Shown here piece by piece: positions 25,691 to 37,999 of a stretch of 62,337 bases of DNA; the first letter of the stretch is position 1; the number at the start of each line of letters is the position of its first letter. Below the pieces are notes generated by a model. That model worked only from the letters and a program-made list of their open reading frames with translations. It was not told the origin of the DNA and searched no databases. Both the position numbers and the translations under genes were made by a program. This DNA comes from Octopus bimaculoides. Its lineage: Eukaryota. The stretch is taken from NCBI RefSeq assembly GCF_001194135.2, contig NC_068986.1, positions 81,052,450 through 81,114,786 of the forward strand, read 5' to 3'.

Positions 25691-27683
25691 ATATCCACAC
25701 AGAATAACTAGCCTCCACATTATTAAATATAACTTGATTTGATTTGTAGGAGATTTGGTTGCTATTTCTAATAGGTTCGCAGCAGCGGAGAGGCAGTCTC
25801 ATCAGTTGCTTGCGATTTTTCATCTTTTTACTTGTTTCAGACATTAGAATGTGGCCATACTAGAGCATCGCCTTGAAAGGTTTACTCGAATGAGTCAGCC
25901 CAGTAGTTATTTGTTTTTAAACCTGGTACTTATACTTGTCTCTTTTGCCGAACGGCTAAGTTACGGGGACGTAAACACATCAACAGCGGTTGTTAAATAG
26001 TGGTGGTGGTGGTGGTGGTGGTGGTGGTGGTGGTGGAGGGATACAACAGACAAAAAGACTCTCTCTCACACACACACACATACATATATACTCGACGGGC
26101 TCCTCTCAGTTTCCGTCAGCCAAATCCAATCACAAGGTTTTGGTTAGCTTGGGGCTATAATAGAAGACACTAGTCCAAGGTGCCACGCAGTGGGACCGAA
26201 CCCAAAACCATGTGGTTACCACACAGTCATACCTGTTAGTTTTGTTGCTGATAATGTTGATGATGGTTGGTGCTGTTGGGGACAATGATGATATTGGTAT
26301 TGCTACTGTTATTTGGTGGTGGGCGTGGTGGTGGTGGTGGTGGTGGTGGCGGCGGCGGTGGTGGTGATGGTGAACAACTGGTGAGTTGTTTTTCTCCCTC
26401 CACTGACATTTTTCTCAAACTGGTAAGGCATTAACCATGCTGGAGCCTTTTCAGTAATTTTTCTTTTGTTATTCCTCAGGCTGCTTCGCAGATTCTTTTC
26501 TGCGTTAGCTTCTGTTCATATTTCTTGGCTTCCTGCAAAAGAAAGAAAACTTTTTTTTTATTATTTCGTTCATGTTATGCAACTGTTTGCAGAGGTTCTT
26601 CTATCGTCGTACAATAGATAATTCATGATTTTTCAGTCAAAGAAGACCCATATCTCTCTGTATTCGTGCTAAATGTGTGTCTCTCTGTGTACCATTTTTA
26701 TTGAGAAGTGCATTCTAAATGTAATCATTACCTTTCTAGGTTTCATGGTGCAAGCATTATAACATGTTACTTATATAGCAAGAGAGCTTATGCTTATCAG
26801 CTTTTTCCTTCCAACCTTTTCTTCCATTTATGTATGCTGTACAGTTTCTGGTTCCTTAATTCTATATATTTCTCGGTTTGTCTTTGGTCTAATTTTCTAA
26901 TCTTTGTTCCTTTATCTGACAAAATATATAAAGTACGTATTTTTAATGTATCTTCCTCTCTTCAATCTTTGCATGGTATTTTTTGTCCCATAACTACCAA
27001 CTCATTTCTTATACGATTTGAGTTACTTCTCTTAGTGTGACGCAAATGGTATGTAGGTAGAAACGTAATATTATACGAATATATAGATAAAAGCGGTAAG
27101 TAGAATTGTTAGAGCGTCGGAAATGCTTTAACGTATAAAAAAACAAAAAAAAAAGATTATGCTCTATCGAACTGGTAGAGACGCTAGAGCATCAGGGCAA
27201 ATGCCTTGCAGTATTTATTCCGGTTTCTTGCATTTGAAGTTCAAATCCCACCGAGGTCAACTTAGCTTTTAATCCGTCCAGTGACATTAAATAACAGTTT
27301 AGAGTGGTATATCAGTAGAATTATTAGAGCCGTCGGAAGGAATGTCTAGCGGTATTTGTTCCGGCCTTTAGCATTCAGAATTTTAAAGCCCCCGTAACAT
27401 ACGTAGGTAACGCATTGAATCCTTCACTCGGTTTGACATCATTACCTGGTTTAAGCGCCTTTAACACAGTATAGTTAAAGGCGCCTTTAACGCCTTTAAC
27501 GCAAGTTTTAAAGAGGCATGGATATTGTTTTTTTCCTCCTGATTAAGCTATAAAAAGTTACAAGCTTCTACATGTGGGTTTCAAATTAGCAGAGATGGAT
27601 ATTGTTTTTCAAACTTCCAGTCGATAAAGGAAGATTCAGCCAAGTATTGGGATCGATTTAATCAGTCCTATATTAGAAATCAA

Positions 27684-27729
<46 letters not shown>

Positions 27730-28195
27730 GAGTGAAAGAGCAGCACATGCCATCAAAGTGACACTGGGGTACAAATATACGAAGCCCAATATACCCATCA
27801 TGACTATCCACCTGATAAGGGTACAGCAGGCACATGCATCACAACCATAAATGCGCGATATGGTGACCTTATATGAAAGCAAACTGCATGACCTTGCAGG
27901 TGCGGCTCTATTAGAATTTTCTTCATGCTGAGTAGCCCATCCGTCTTAATAAGTCCTCGAATAAGGGTTATTTTATGATGATGAACAAAACACCCATGTT
28001 TCTAGGAGTGAAATATTCAAACCCCAAAGAATTCCTCTCAATACATAGCTATGATGCCCCCCGCCAGCCACTGCTCCTGCTCGTGATCAGAGATGCACAT
28101 ATCATCAGCCACAAAGGGACATACGCAACTGGTTGAGGTCAAGCAACTGACAAGCAAATCTGTGGTATTGAGTAGAATATATTTACTGTAGCCCA
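27684..28195 (-). mobile_element. Probable retroposon 3' end with (TAA)n tail, family unassigned
   Basis: GC-balanced non-coding block ending directly in a (TAA)n tract on the - strand. Confidence 0.45.
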
Positions 28196-28221
28196 TCATC
28201 ATCATCGTCATTAATATTATT

Positions 28222-29232
28222 TGGCACCTAAAATGCCGTCAGGTGTTCACAGCCCTCTACCAATTGAGTAATGGAATCGGTGGATGTTCCGCTTTAGCAA
28301 TGTATGCAGCATTGGTGGCAGGGACGTGAGACAACATGGTCGGGGAGACTCTAGGCGTCGACGAAAACGAAGTGGCCAGTCTGTTCCGGAGGACTTCCCG
28401 GTCGGAAATTATCATGGATAATTTCCAGATGTCCTTGGCCTGGCAGTGCTACCAGGGGGTGCTACCGGTTCAAGATAAACTCTACAGGCACGGATGTGCT
28501 GATCGACGGACTTGTCCGAGGTACGAGCAGAGTGACGAAACCGTTTTGCACGCACTCGTTTACTGTCCGGGCATTGCGGACTTGTGGAGTTATGTCGAAC
28601 AGCTGATGTCACGTGTGGGACGTATTTATCTATCAGCCGAGTCTGTAGAGATGACTGTCCCGCCGCCCTCCTTTAATCGGGCAGGCAAGGCAGTTTTCCA
28701 TTGCCTGGTGGCTGTGGCGAAAGAGGTTGTCTGGTGGACGAGGCTGAAAGGCATGAGGAGAGATACATTCCTCTTTGGTAGAGCTCTCATTGACTTCAAG
28801 TTTCACTTGAAAAAGAAATTGGGAGTGAAGAGGGAAGTGCTGTCCTCGAGTGAATTTATTGAAAGGTGGGTGAAAGTTGCGAAAATGGCAAGAATGGATG
28901 GTACCTTTCTAAGTGTAGACCTGTGAGTGGGAGAAAGGGAATTGGAGAGGGCACTTCCCCTTGGTGTTCAGGGAGAGCTTGGACAGTTCAGTTCCTCGAT
29001 TATCCCTAGAGGTCATCCTATATCGGGAGGACTACATCTCTATCATCCTCCATTTTAAAACCTTTGTATACTATGTATATTTCCCTTTCTTTTCATTGTA
29101 TACCGTATATACTTACTCTTTTTTTTTTCTGGTTTATTTATTTATTTTTATCATTTCATTATATGTAAACTCCAACACTTTATGTCTGTTTTGTATTGTA
29201 CCCCTCATCCTTGACCCTGATAGCAAATAAAT
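28222..29232 (+). mobile_element. 5'-truncated L1/Tx1-clade LINE: ORF2 C-terminal zinc-binding (zf-RVT-like) region plus 3' UTR
   Basis: ORF 28336-28926 has LAWQCYQGVLPVQDKL...TCPR(Y)..DETVLHALVYC (C-x2-C-x4-E-T-x2-H-x4-C, one Cys lost). T-rich 3' UTR with AATAAA, then (ATC)n. Confidence 0.85.
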
Positions 29233-29233
29233 G

Positions 29234-29313
<80 letters not shown>

Positions 29314-29331
29314 GTTGTTGTTCTATTACAG

Positions 29332-29467
29332 CTGGTCACGAAGCTTCATGCTCATGTGATGACGGTACCATACGTAAACTTGCAATTGCTTTCGTTGTCC
29401 TCTTTGTGTTGTTCGTGTTGTTCTTAATATTTGCAGCATATTTGTACAGAAGAAAACTGCCTTGTTG
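29332..29467 (+). CDS. Transmembrane exon (136 nt, phase 1-2): AGHEASCSCDDGTIRKLAIAFVVLFVLFVLFLIFAAYLYRRKLPC
   Basis: ctattacag acceptor and TTG|GTAAGT donor. About 23 hydrophobic residues followed by the RRK stop-transfer cluster; in frame with the EGF exon. Confidence 0.9.
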
Positions 29468-30306
29468 GTAAGTAAGACTGTCTTCTGCTCTATTATTCTG
29501 CAACCAGTTTTAATCTTGACAATAGCGGCGATAAGGGACTAGATACACAGATAAGGGTATATGGATCAAGCAACTAGCATCGTTGCAATTCTACACACAA
29601 TACAGCTGTGGTCTTCCGGGGAGATTAAACATAAACATGTTTAATTTAAACAGAAGACAGAATATTTTTAATTTAGACTTTATCAGATTGAAGTTTGCTG
29701 TCAACTTCTAACAACGTATACTCCTTTGTAGACTGCTTGTTAGACTTCTGCTTGCGAGTATCACACATATTAAGTAGACACTCCATACCAAACTAACATC
29801 GCTTCGATGAAGGAAAATCTCGAAAACACTCTTCAATTAGGATGTTTCCTGTCTTGCTTTGTGTGTGTGTGTGTGTGTATGTGTGTGGTTTTGTTATTAT
29901 TTTTGAAGGCGGGCAAAATGCTTATTAGTATTTCGTCCGTCTTTTCTGAGTTCAAATTCCGCCGAAGTCAACTTTGCTTTTCATCCTTTCGTAGTCGATA
30001 AAATAAGTATCAATTGGCCGCTGGATCCCAATGTATTCGACTTAGCCCCTCCCCTGAAATTGCTGGCCTTTTGACAAAATGTTAAACCATTATTTTTTGC
30101 GGTTGTTTTTACAGCTTTTTTTTTTCTTGTAGCTTTCCTTTGTGTTTTCCTTATTCTTATTCTTATTGCTGAACATGTCTTTGTTCTAGTCATTGCTATT
30201 GTTACTGTTTTATTGTTACTGCTTTTGTTGTTATTGCTGTCGATGTTATTGTTTAAGTGGTTGTTGTTAGAGTTGTTGACATTTTGTTGCTGTTAATTCT
30301 GTTCAA

Positions 30307-30681
30307 GTGGAGGTGCAATGGCCCAGTGGTTAGGGCAGCGGATTCGCGGTCATAGGATCGTGGTTTCGATTTCCAGACCGGGCGTTGTGAGTGTTTATTG
30401 AGCGAAAACACCTAAAGCTCCACGAGGCTCCGGCAGGGGATGGTACTCTTTCACCACAACTTTCTCTCACTCTTACTTCCTGTTTCTGTTGTGCCTGTAA
30501 TTCAAAGGGTCAGCCTTGTCACACTGTGTCACGCTGAATATCCCCGGGAACTACGTTAAGGGTACACGTGTCTGTGGAGTGCTCAGCCACTTGCACGTTA
30601 ATTTCACGAGCAGGCTGTTCCGTTGATCGGATCAACTGGAACCTTCGACGTCGTAAGCGACGGAGTGCCAACAACAACAAT
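30307..30681 (+). mobile_element. Full-length tRNA-derived SINE with (CAA)n tail; second copy at 40941-41234 cut by a gap
   Basis: gtggagg(c/t)gcaatggcccagtggttagggca...ggtttcgatt tRNA head; the two copies are near-identical. Confidence 0.88.
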
Positions 30682-31499
30682 TCTGTTCACGTTTTTATCG
30701 TTGAAACTATTACTGTTGTTATTGTGGTTGTTATTGTTGTTGCTATCGCAGTGTCTGTCGCCTTTATACATGTTATTGCTGTTATCATCTTTGTTCCACA
30801 CTCACTTTTTTCATGAAATATGACAAAATGAAAACCTTCGAAGTCACTTCAAATTCCAAAATTACATTATCAAATACTAGTTTTCTTCTTTAGCGCCAGA
30901 AAATTTGCAGCCCAAGTTATTTATAGATCCTCATCAAATTCATATTCATATATCTGGGTTAGAGATGTTGATAAGCTCACACAAACATCATGTATGTATA
31001 CAATAGATATTGACGAAGCTGATTGACCATCAGCTACATCGATCACACGATCATAGGTGATAATGTAAATCTATTCAGTAAACGGACTCCAGTAATATTA
31101 AAACTTCGAGACTCAATCTCCAAAACTACATTTTATTATTTAATTTTGATTGACAAAAATTTCGAGTTTTCTCTCTTGTTATATCTGACAACGAATTTTC
31201 GTTAATGGTGGTTTCAAATTTTGGCACAAGGCCAGCTTCTTGGTGGAGGGGTAAGTTGATTACATCGGCTCCACTGTTCAAGTGGTACTTATTTTATCCA
31301 CCCTGAAAGGATGAAAGGTAAAGTCAACCTCAGTGGAATTTGAACTCAGAATGTAATGACGAACGAAATGCCGTCAAGCATTTTGTTTGGCGTGCCAGCA
31401 ATTCTGCTAGCTCGTTAATATTAATTAGTTTAGACGCAGGTTTGTAATTATAATTACAGTTATTACATTTTCGGTTCACCACCTCAAGTACAGTAGTCT

Positions 31500-31536
<37 letters not shown>

Positions 31537-31570
31537 CTCTCTCTCTCTCTCTCTCTCTCANNNNNNNNNN

Positions 31571-31633
<63 letters not shown>

Positions 31634-32438
31634 ACACAATATGCGTGTGTGCGTGTGCTTGTTTATGTATGCATGTATTTGTGTACGCATGTATACATCC
31701 ATAAAAATAGGCTTACACACAATACAGTGCCTGTATTTCTGTTTGAATATGTTTGGGAGTATATAGTTTGTGTGCAGAGACTTCATACAACAGCGAGAAA
31801 AATTAGAAATAGGGACACTAATACTTTTCTCGGTATTATTTATACAAAATCTGTAAATGATGAAGTTAGTTTAACTATGATTATGCAATGTTCATCATTT
31901 TATAGGACTCTGAATAGGACAAACGATGCTAAAATTGCCACAAATAAAGCTGGAGCTTGAATTGCTGTCTGGGGTAACAGTATATTTGGAAGTTTGTTGT
32001 TGTTGCTGCTACTGTTAAGTTCCGAGTCACGGTTGATCGGGTAGATATACGAGTAATGTATCCCAGCTGAAACCCTCCATATTTTCCTCGTATTATCTAA
32101 TTGTACATTGTTTTGGATATACAGAAAGCCCATTGTTTCTAGCTGCTCAGACGCATACATGACAGAACTGGCGTTTTCAAATATATTATCTATATTATTA
32201 AGAGCGGTAATGTTTTGATTTGAGGAAGATTTGGCCGTTATTTCTAACATCTATTTCTGACGAACGAGTGCATAGAGGCCTATTCGTTAACTCTGTGGCA
32301 AGAAACTTTACACACACATAAACACACACAAATATATACATATATATATACATACATACATACACACATACACACTCATACATGCACACACACGTACATG
32401 CATACATACTTACATACACATGCACACACATACATACA

Positions 32439-32470
<32 letters not shown>

Positions 32471-33654
32471 CTGGTTGTTAGGTAACGATCCGAGGATGTA
32501 CTCAATACTAAGAATTTGGTTGTTTATTTAAGCCGATTCAGCGACGTGTTTACTCGGGAGTTTCCACGAGTGTAGTTGTTTCGTCAAATAAGTCAGCCTG
32601 AGCCTCGCAACACGCGCGCGCTCGCACGCATGTCTGCACTGCTCATTCCTTAGTTCACCCTGCACCTTAGGCGGCAGCTCAGCTCCAGTGTTGCAACACT
32701 CTGGATCAAACTATCTGACCTAGCGAGACATGCTCTCGGCTTTCGTTCAAATCCATCACGACTTGCGGTAAACTTTCATCTTTGCATTGCCTTACACTTA
32801 ATTTTTCTCCTTCCCGGACTGTCTTTTAAAGTAAGAGGGTTGACTCTCTTGATGCCCAACCCTTCTCCGCAACTAGGTTTAGGACCTGGTACAACGGAGT
32901 TCCAGTAGTTTTTCAAAATCTAGAAAAACACGAAGTAATCAGAATTTGAACTCGAAACAAATAACAACCGATCAATGAGCAGGGCTAGTGAGTTACTAGT
33001 TCAAGGTGGTGCTTCTAGCATGGCTGCAATCAAATGACTGAAACAAGTAAAAGAGCATGTGATGTGTATGTGCATGTGTGTGTGCGTGCGCGCGCGCGTA
33101 TTTGTCATCTGAATTTGTGTTACATTTATAACAGCAACGACGATTTGATTTTCATATTTCAAAACATGTTTCTGATGAAATAACTCGCTCATCACAACAA
33201 GATTAATATAACTAATAATACAGTTGATGATGTTTTCACGTAAACCATAGAAATAGCTGTAGATCAAGACAAATTAATTTTTTCCAAATATACTTGAGTT
33301 TTTTTTGTTTTCTATTCGTCCCAATTTTCTGCTCTAAACTTTCGTTTTAGGCAATTTAAACTCCATGCAACTTCATTCCTGCATTGGCTATTACGTTGAA
33401 GCAGTAATATATTGGGGTTTACTGAAATGTTATAGAACTGAGATCTTGAAATTTAAGGATATACGTTTTCAGTGCATATCATATGTGAAAAGAAAATGGC
33501 GAGGAATAGAGAAAATCCTCCGAAGTCAGCTTTCTGTGTGCCAATACAAGAAAATATATTTAGAGAGATTAGGAAAGTTGATATTTCTAACTAATGAAAT
33601 TATTCAAAATTCCCAATATTGTTATTAATCTTGTTCTGTTTCTTCTTTTTGCAG

Positions 33655-33704
33655 CAGAAAAAAAGAAAAGAGGGAATGGTGCGAACCAATACAACAAAGA
33701 CTCG
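33655..33704 (+). CDS. Cytoplasmic exon (50 nt, phase 2-1): CRKKEKREWCEPIQQRL
   Basis: Strong polypyrimidine tract ttcttctttttgcag and TCG|GTAATT donor. Phases match both neighbouring exons. Confidence 0.8.
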
Positions 33705-34658
33705 GTAATTCAGAAGTCGTGAATTTAGATAATTATTTTCCGTTAAAGAATTTTGTATTAAGAAAAGCAAAGTTTACCAAAAATAGTGCTTTAAGAATAC
33801 ATCACATCATCAATATATTAGGATCAATGCATTTTATACGTCATCGAACGTGTGTTATATTTGTCGCTTTGTGTCCAAGTTAGCACCATGTGCATAATGC
33901 GTGACATTGCATCACATATATGACCAGCTAACAAATTTGCAACCTTGTACTAAACATCTGATTTTATAGATTATATGCCACCGACACGATGCAGTCTAAA
34001 TATGCAAAATCATCCATTTGCGGCGCTACTTCTTAATTTTATAGAAAAAATTATTTTTAGTCAGACACAAGACTAGAAATTTATTTAAGTGTATTGTTTA
34101 TGACAACAACCCATTACGTAGATGTATTTTACTGTCCATGTAAGGATGAATGATAAAGTGAACCCCAGTGGAAAGCTTATTGGCATTGTAAATAATAAAC
34201 ATTGCTTAATAGTAAACATAGATTAATTGATAAAAATTAAAGGAAATTTAGTCCCTAGATTACATTCTTTAAAAATTAAGTACTATTTATTCTGCACTAA
34301 GAAAAAAAAAGGAGATATTCCACTGAATTCACACCAACAATATATCGATACTAATTTTATTTGATCTGGTTTTTGCCTTCTAGTGACAACAACCCTATCG
34401 ACACTGGCCAACATGTGTTTTTCTCATGGGCAATATCAACGGGTTGAGAAGCCAAACCTACATGGCAACTGTTAATTTTCTCTTTAAAAAATTGATGCTG
34501 TGGAGAAGTTTCCATGTATTGAACCTTAGTCCCAAGAGATATATAGAGACCCTGCATAAAACAGAATGATAACCGAAATAATTCGATTTAGACACTGGTA
34601 AGCTATAGGATACTACAATACAGTTAATAGTACGACTTAACTTTTTTTTTAATTACAG

Positions 34659-34873
34659 AGGATGACTGGAGAATCAAAGAACTATTAATTAATGACACTT
34701 TGAAAGCTAGTATGTCAAATATTCGGTCGGTGACGACTTGCGATGAACAAAAATGCAAGCCTCGTGAGGAAGGATGCAAATCTGAAAGTCAATCATCCAT
34801 GGAATCCTGTGTGAACATCAATAGCCAGGCATCACAACCCGATAAGAAGATCAGGTTTTCATCGAAACCCTGA
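34659..34873 (+). CDS. Last coding exon: EDDWRIKELLINDTLKASMSN...QPDKKIRFSSKP*
   Basis: ttttttaattacag acceptor; 71 codons open in the required phase to TGA at 34871-34873; AATAAA 43 nt downstream. Confidence 0.83.
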
Positions 34874-34915
34874 AAAGTAAAAATGGACCATTATTATATG
34901 TTGGTATTGTTTCTA

Positions 34916-34921
34916 AATAAA
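34916..34921 (+). terminator. Candidate polyadenylation signal AATAAA of the EGF/TM gene
   Basis: First AATAAA after the stop codon, followed by GT/T-rich sequence. Position only. Confidence 0.4.
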
Positions 34922-35029
34922 CAGGAAATATATTTGGTGATTGTTGTAGAGTGTATTTTATGAATTTGGGGAAAATTCATTAACTCGTTGCTAAAGGTTC
35001 ATAGCTAGGATATGAGAATTGTTTAGAGC

Positions 35030-35260
35030 GTTGATAGGCGAGGGTATGTATTGATTATTGGTAGAGTAGGGCTATGCTTTGGCTATTGGTGAGGTAGGAA
35101 TATATTTTGGCTATTGGGGGAGATAGGGTTATGCTTTGACCATTGGTGGGTTAGGAGTATGTTTTGGTTATTAGCGGATTGGGAATATATTTTAGCTATT
35201 GGTATGGCTAGGGTATGTTTGGCTGTTGGTGGGTTGAAGCATGTTTTGCCTGCTGATGAG
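35030..35260. repeat. Degenerate ~30-bp tandem repeat just downstream of the EGF/TM gene
   Basis: About seven units of the form ttggctattggtgaggtaggaatatatt. Confidence 0.65.
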
Positions 35261-35496
35261 GATGAGGAATGTTTATAGTGCTGATGAGGTAGCAAATGTT
35301 CAAAATATTGATCCACTAATAGTTTGAATTCAGTTATGCGAGGCAATAATATAGCACTTGTACATTCCTCTCACAACAGAGCACCAGTTATACACCTCTT
35401 TTACAATATGGCGCTTGTTGTATAGCCTACTAACAGCTCACATTGATTGCATCTACTTCACTATGGTACCTATTTCTATCTGCAAGTCTTAAATCA

Positions 35497-35553
<57 letters not shown>

Positions 35554-35576
35554 TATTATTATTATTATTATTATTA

Positions 35577-36100
35577 TGTTTTGGCTCAGTTTCGGTCTTA
35601 TTCCTGGTAGAAATTATGTGGGTAGCGGGTTACTACCTCTAACCTTAGGTATCCACAAGTTTTCAGCAGTTTTTCAAGTGTTTAGAACCCTTCTGATAAT
35701 CCTTGCTGCTCCTAAGAGACAAACATTTTGTAGAAGCTCCACCGGACATTCTATTTCAATCTCCTTCAGCTATTTGTCTATATCTTATTATAGACACAGC
35801 TTTTACTGTTTTCATGCTCCAAATTCTTCCTATTTCAAATTTTAAGAGATGATATTTATTTTTTTTCCTCCTCTTTCTTTACGATCCTGGAATCAAACGG
35901 GCATGATGTGTCGATAAGTAAGTAACTTCGCTTTTCCTTATCTATAGTCGATATTTTCTCACTTTTTGTCTGTTTGAATAGAAAAATCCCACAAAATCTT
36001 ACATTTCTCCAACTCCAGTACTCTTTCGACTTAATGATTGTGTCATGTATTTCCAGCTTCAAATCCCCATTTTTGGCACAGTTTCCATCATCCTCATCAT
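35577..36100 (-). mobile_element. R4/Dong-type LINE 3' end (restriction-like endonuclease domain), decayed
   Basis: Translates IDKEKRSYLLIDTSCPFDSRIVKKEEEK...EIEIECPVELLQNVCLLGAARIIRRVL; 3' end runs into (TAA)n. Confidence 0.85.
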
Positions 36101-36116
36101 CACCATCATTCTTCTT

Positions 36117-36197
<81 letters not shown>

Positions 36198-36638
36198 AAT
36201 AATAATAATAATACGCAAGCTTTTTGTTTTTGTACGCACCTGTTGTGTGCATCACACTTACCTCTTTGGAGTGGTAAAGCGAGAGAGAGGAGGAGAGAGG
36301 AGGAAGTAAGAGAGAAAGAGAGAGGGAGTGAGAGAGTGTGAGAGAGAAAGAGAGAGAGAGCGAAAGAGACATCAGTGGTGACGGTGTTCGTTTTGTGCTT
36401 TTAAATGTTTTAGAGAGGAAGTAAAAGAGAAAGAAAGAGAGTAGGAGAGAAAGTGAGAGAGTGAGAGCGAATGAGAGGGAGAATGAGAGAGGGAATGAAA
36501 GTGACAGTGAGTGGTGACGGCGTAAGAGAGAAAGAAATAGTGAGAAAAAGGGAAAGAGAAAAAGAGAGAGTGAAAGAAACAGTGGGTGGTGACGGCGTTC
36601 GCTTTCTGTTTTTAAATGTTTATCACATCGCAAGGGAA

Positions 36639-36700
<62 letters not shown>

Positions 36701-36701
36701 C

Positions 36702-36745
<44 letters not shown>

Positions 36746-36951
36746 CATATACACATTGTTTAATCAAAAGCGGGAGAGAAAAGGGACACAAAGGAAGTGA
36801 AAGAGAAAGAGAGAAAGTGAGAGAGACAATTCATACATAGATATATAGACACAGCAAATATTGATTGTCAATTTCATTTTTCATTATCACACGAGAATAA
36901 AATTAACTCACAAATGGCTGAGTGCTCCACAGCTACAACTCGAGACATATG

Positions 36952-37061
<110 letters not shown>

Positions 37062-37199
37062 TATTTGCGTGTGTATAGTATAGGTTAGTTAAAACATGTT
37101 TTCAATAATAAGTGTCACGTGGTGGAAATAAACGCAAACTTTCATTCATAAATCCATTATTTTGTTCTTTTGCATTTCAGTTTGTACATTTGTACCCAG

Positions 37200-37583
37200 A
37201 AATTTTCAACAACAGCGTGCCAGAAGAAATGGGGAAAAAAAATTTCCCAGGATTAAACTTAGCCCAAGTGATGCAAATATTCCATTCACACTAAACAGAC
37301 TTCAGTTTCCACTTCGACTTGCATATTCAATGACAATTAATAAGGCTCAAGGGCAAACATTTGAAAAAGTTGGAATACATTTGCCTCAACCTGTATTTCC
37401 TCAAGGCCAATTATATCTTGCATTTTCAAGAGCACGAGTTATGAACAATATCAAAGTAAGAGTTATGGCACTCAATTGGGATAACAGACAAGGCCAAAAA
37501 CGTGGTGTGACATGCACACAAAATATTGTCTACCATTAAGTACTGTGAGACCGCCGCACCACCTAGCATCACCAGCATACTAG
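37200..37583 (+). mobile_element. Helitron RepHel C-terminal PIF1-helicase fragment
   Basis: FPRIKLSPSDANIPFTLNRLQFPLRLAYSMTINKAQGQTFEKVGIHLPQPVFPQGQLYLAFSR...TQNIVY; CTAG shortly after the stop, 3' hairpin not clear. Confidence 0.92.
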
Positions 37584-37999
37584 CTGCTCCATCATTACAC
37601 ATCCACATTACATCTTTAAGATCGGGGAACCACTTAGGGACCTGCTGGATCTCTCTCGGCATACCAGCAAACTACAAAATCGCACAAGCCAGCATCAACA
37701 CTACCTATAAGCCCGTCATATGTATGTATGTATGTATTTATGTATGTATTTATGTATGTATGTATGTATGTATTATGTGTGTGTTTGTGTGCGCTTGTCC
37801 CACCACCAGCGTTGCTTGACAACCGATGTTGGTGCGTTTGCGTCCCTGTAATTTAGCTGTTCAGCAGAAGAGACTGATAGAATAAGCACCAGGCTTACAT
37901 GGAATAAGTCCAGGGGTCAATTACTTCGACTAAAGGGTGGTGTTCCAACATGGCTACCGTCAACTTACTGAAAGAAGTAAAAGAATACCAGAAAAATGC

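Noticed and set aside
30307-30385. tRNA genes
   Set aside because: tRNA-like heads continue into SINE bodies and tails and lack a full cloverleaf.
32476-32896. Solo LTR starting TGTTAGG
   Set aside because: No clean CA end and no matching TSD found.
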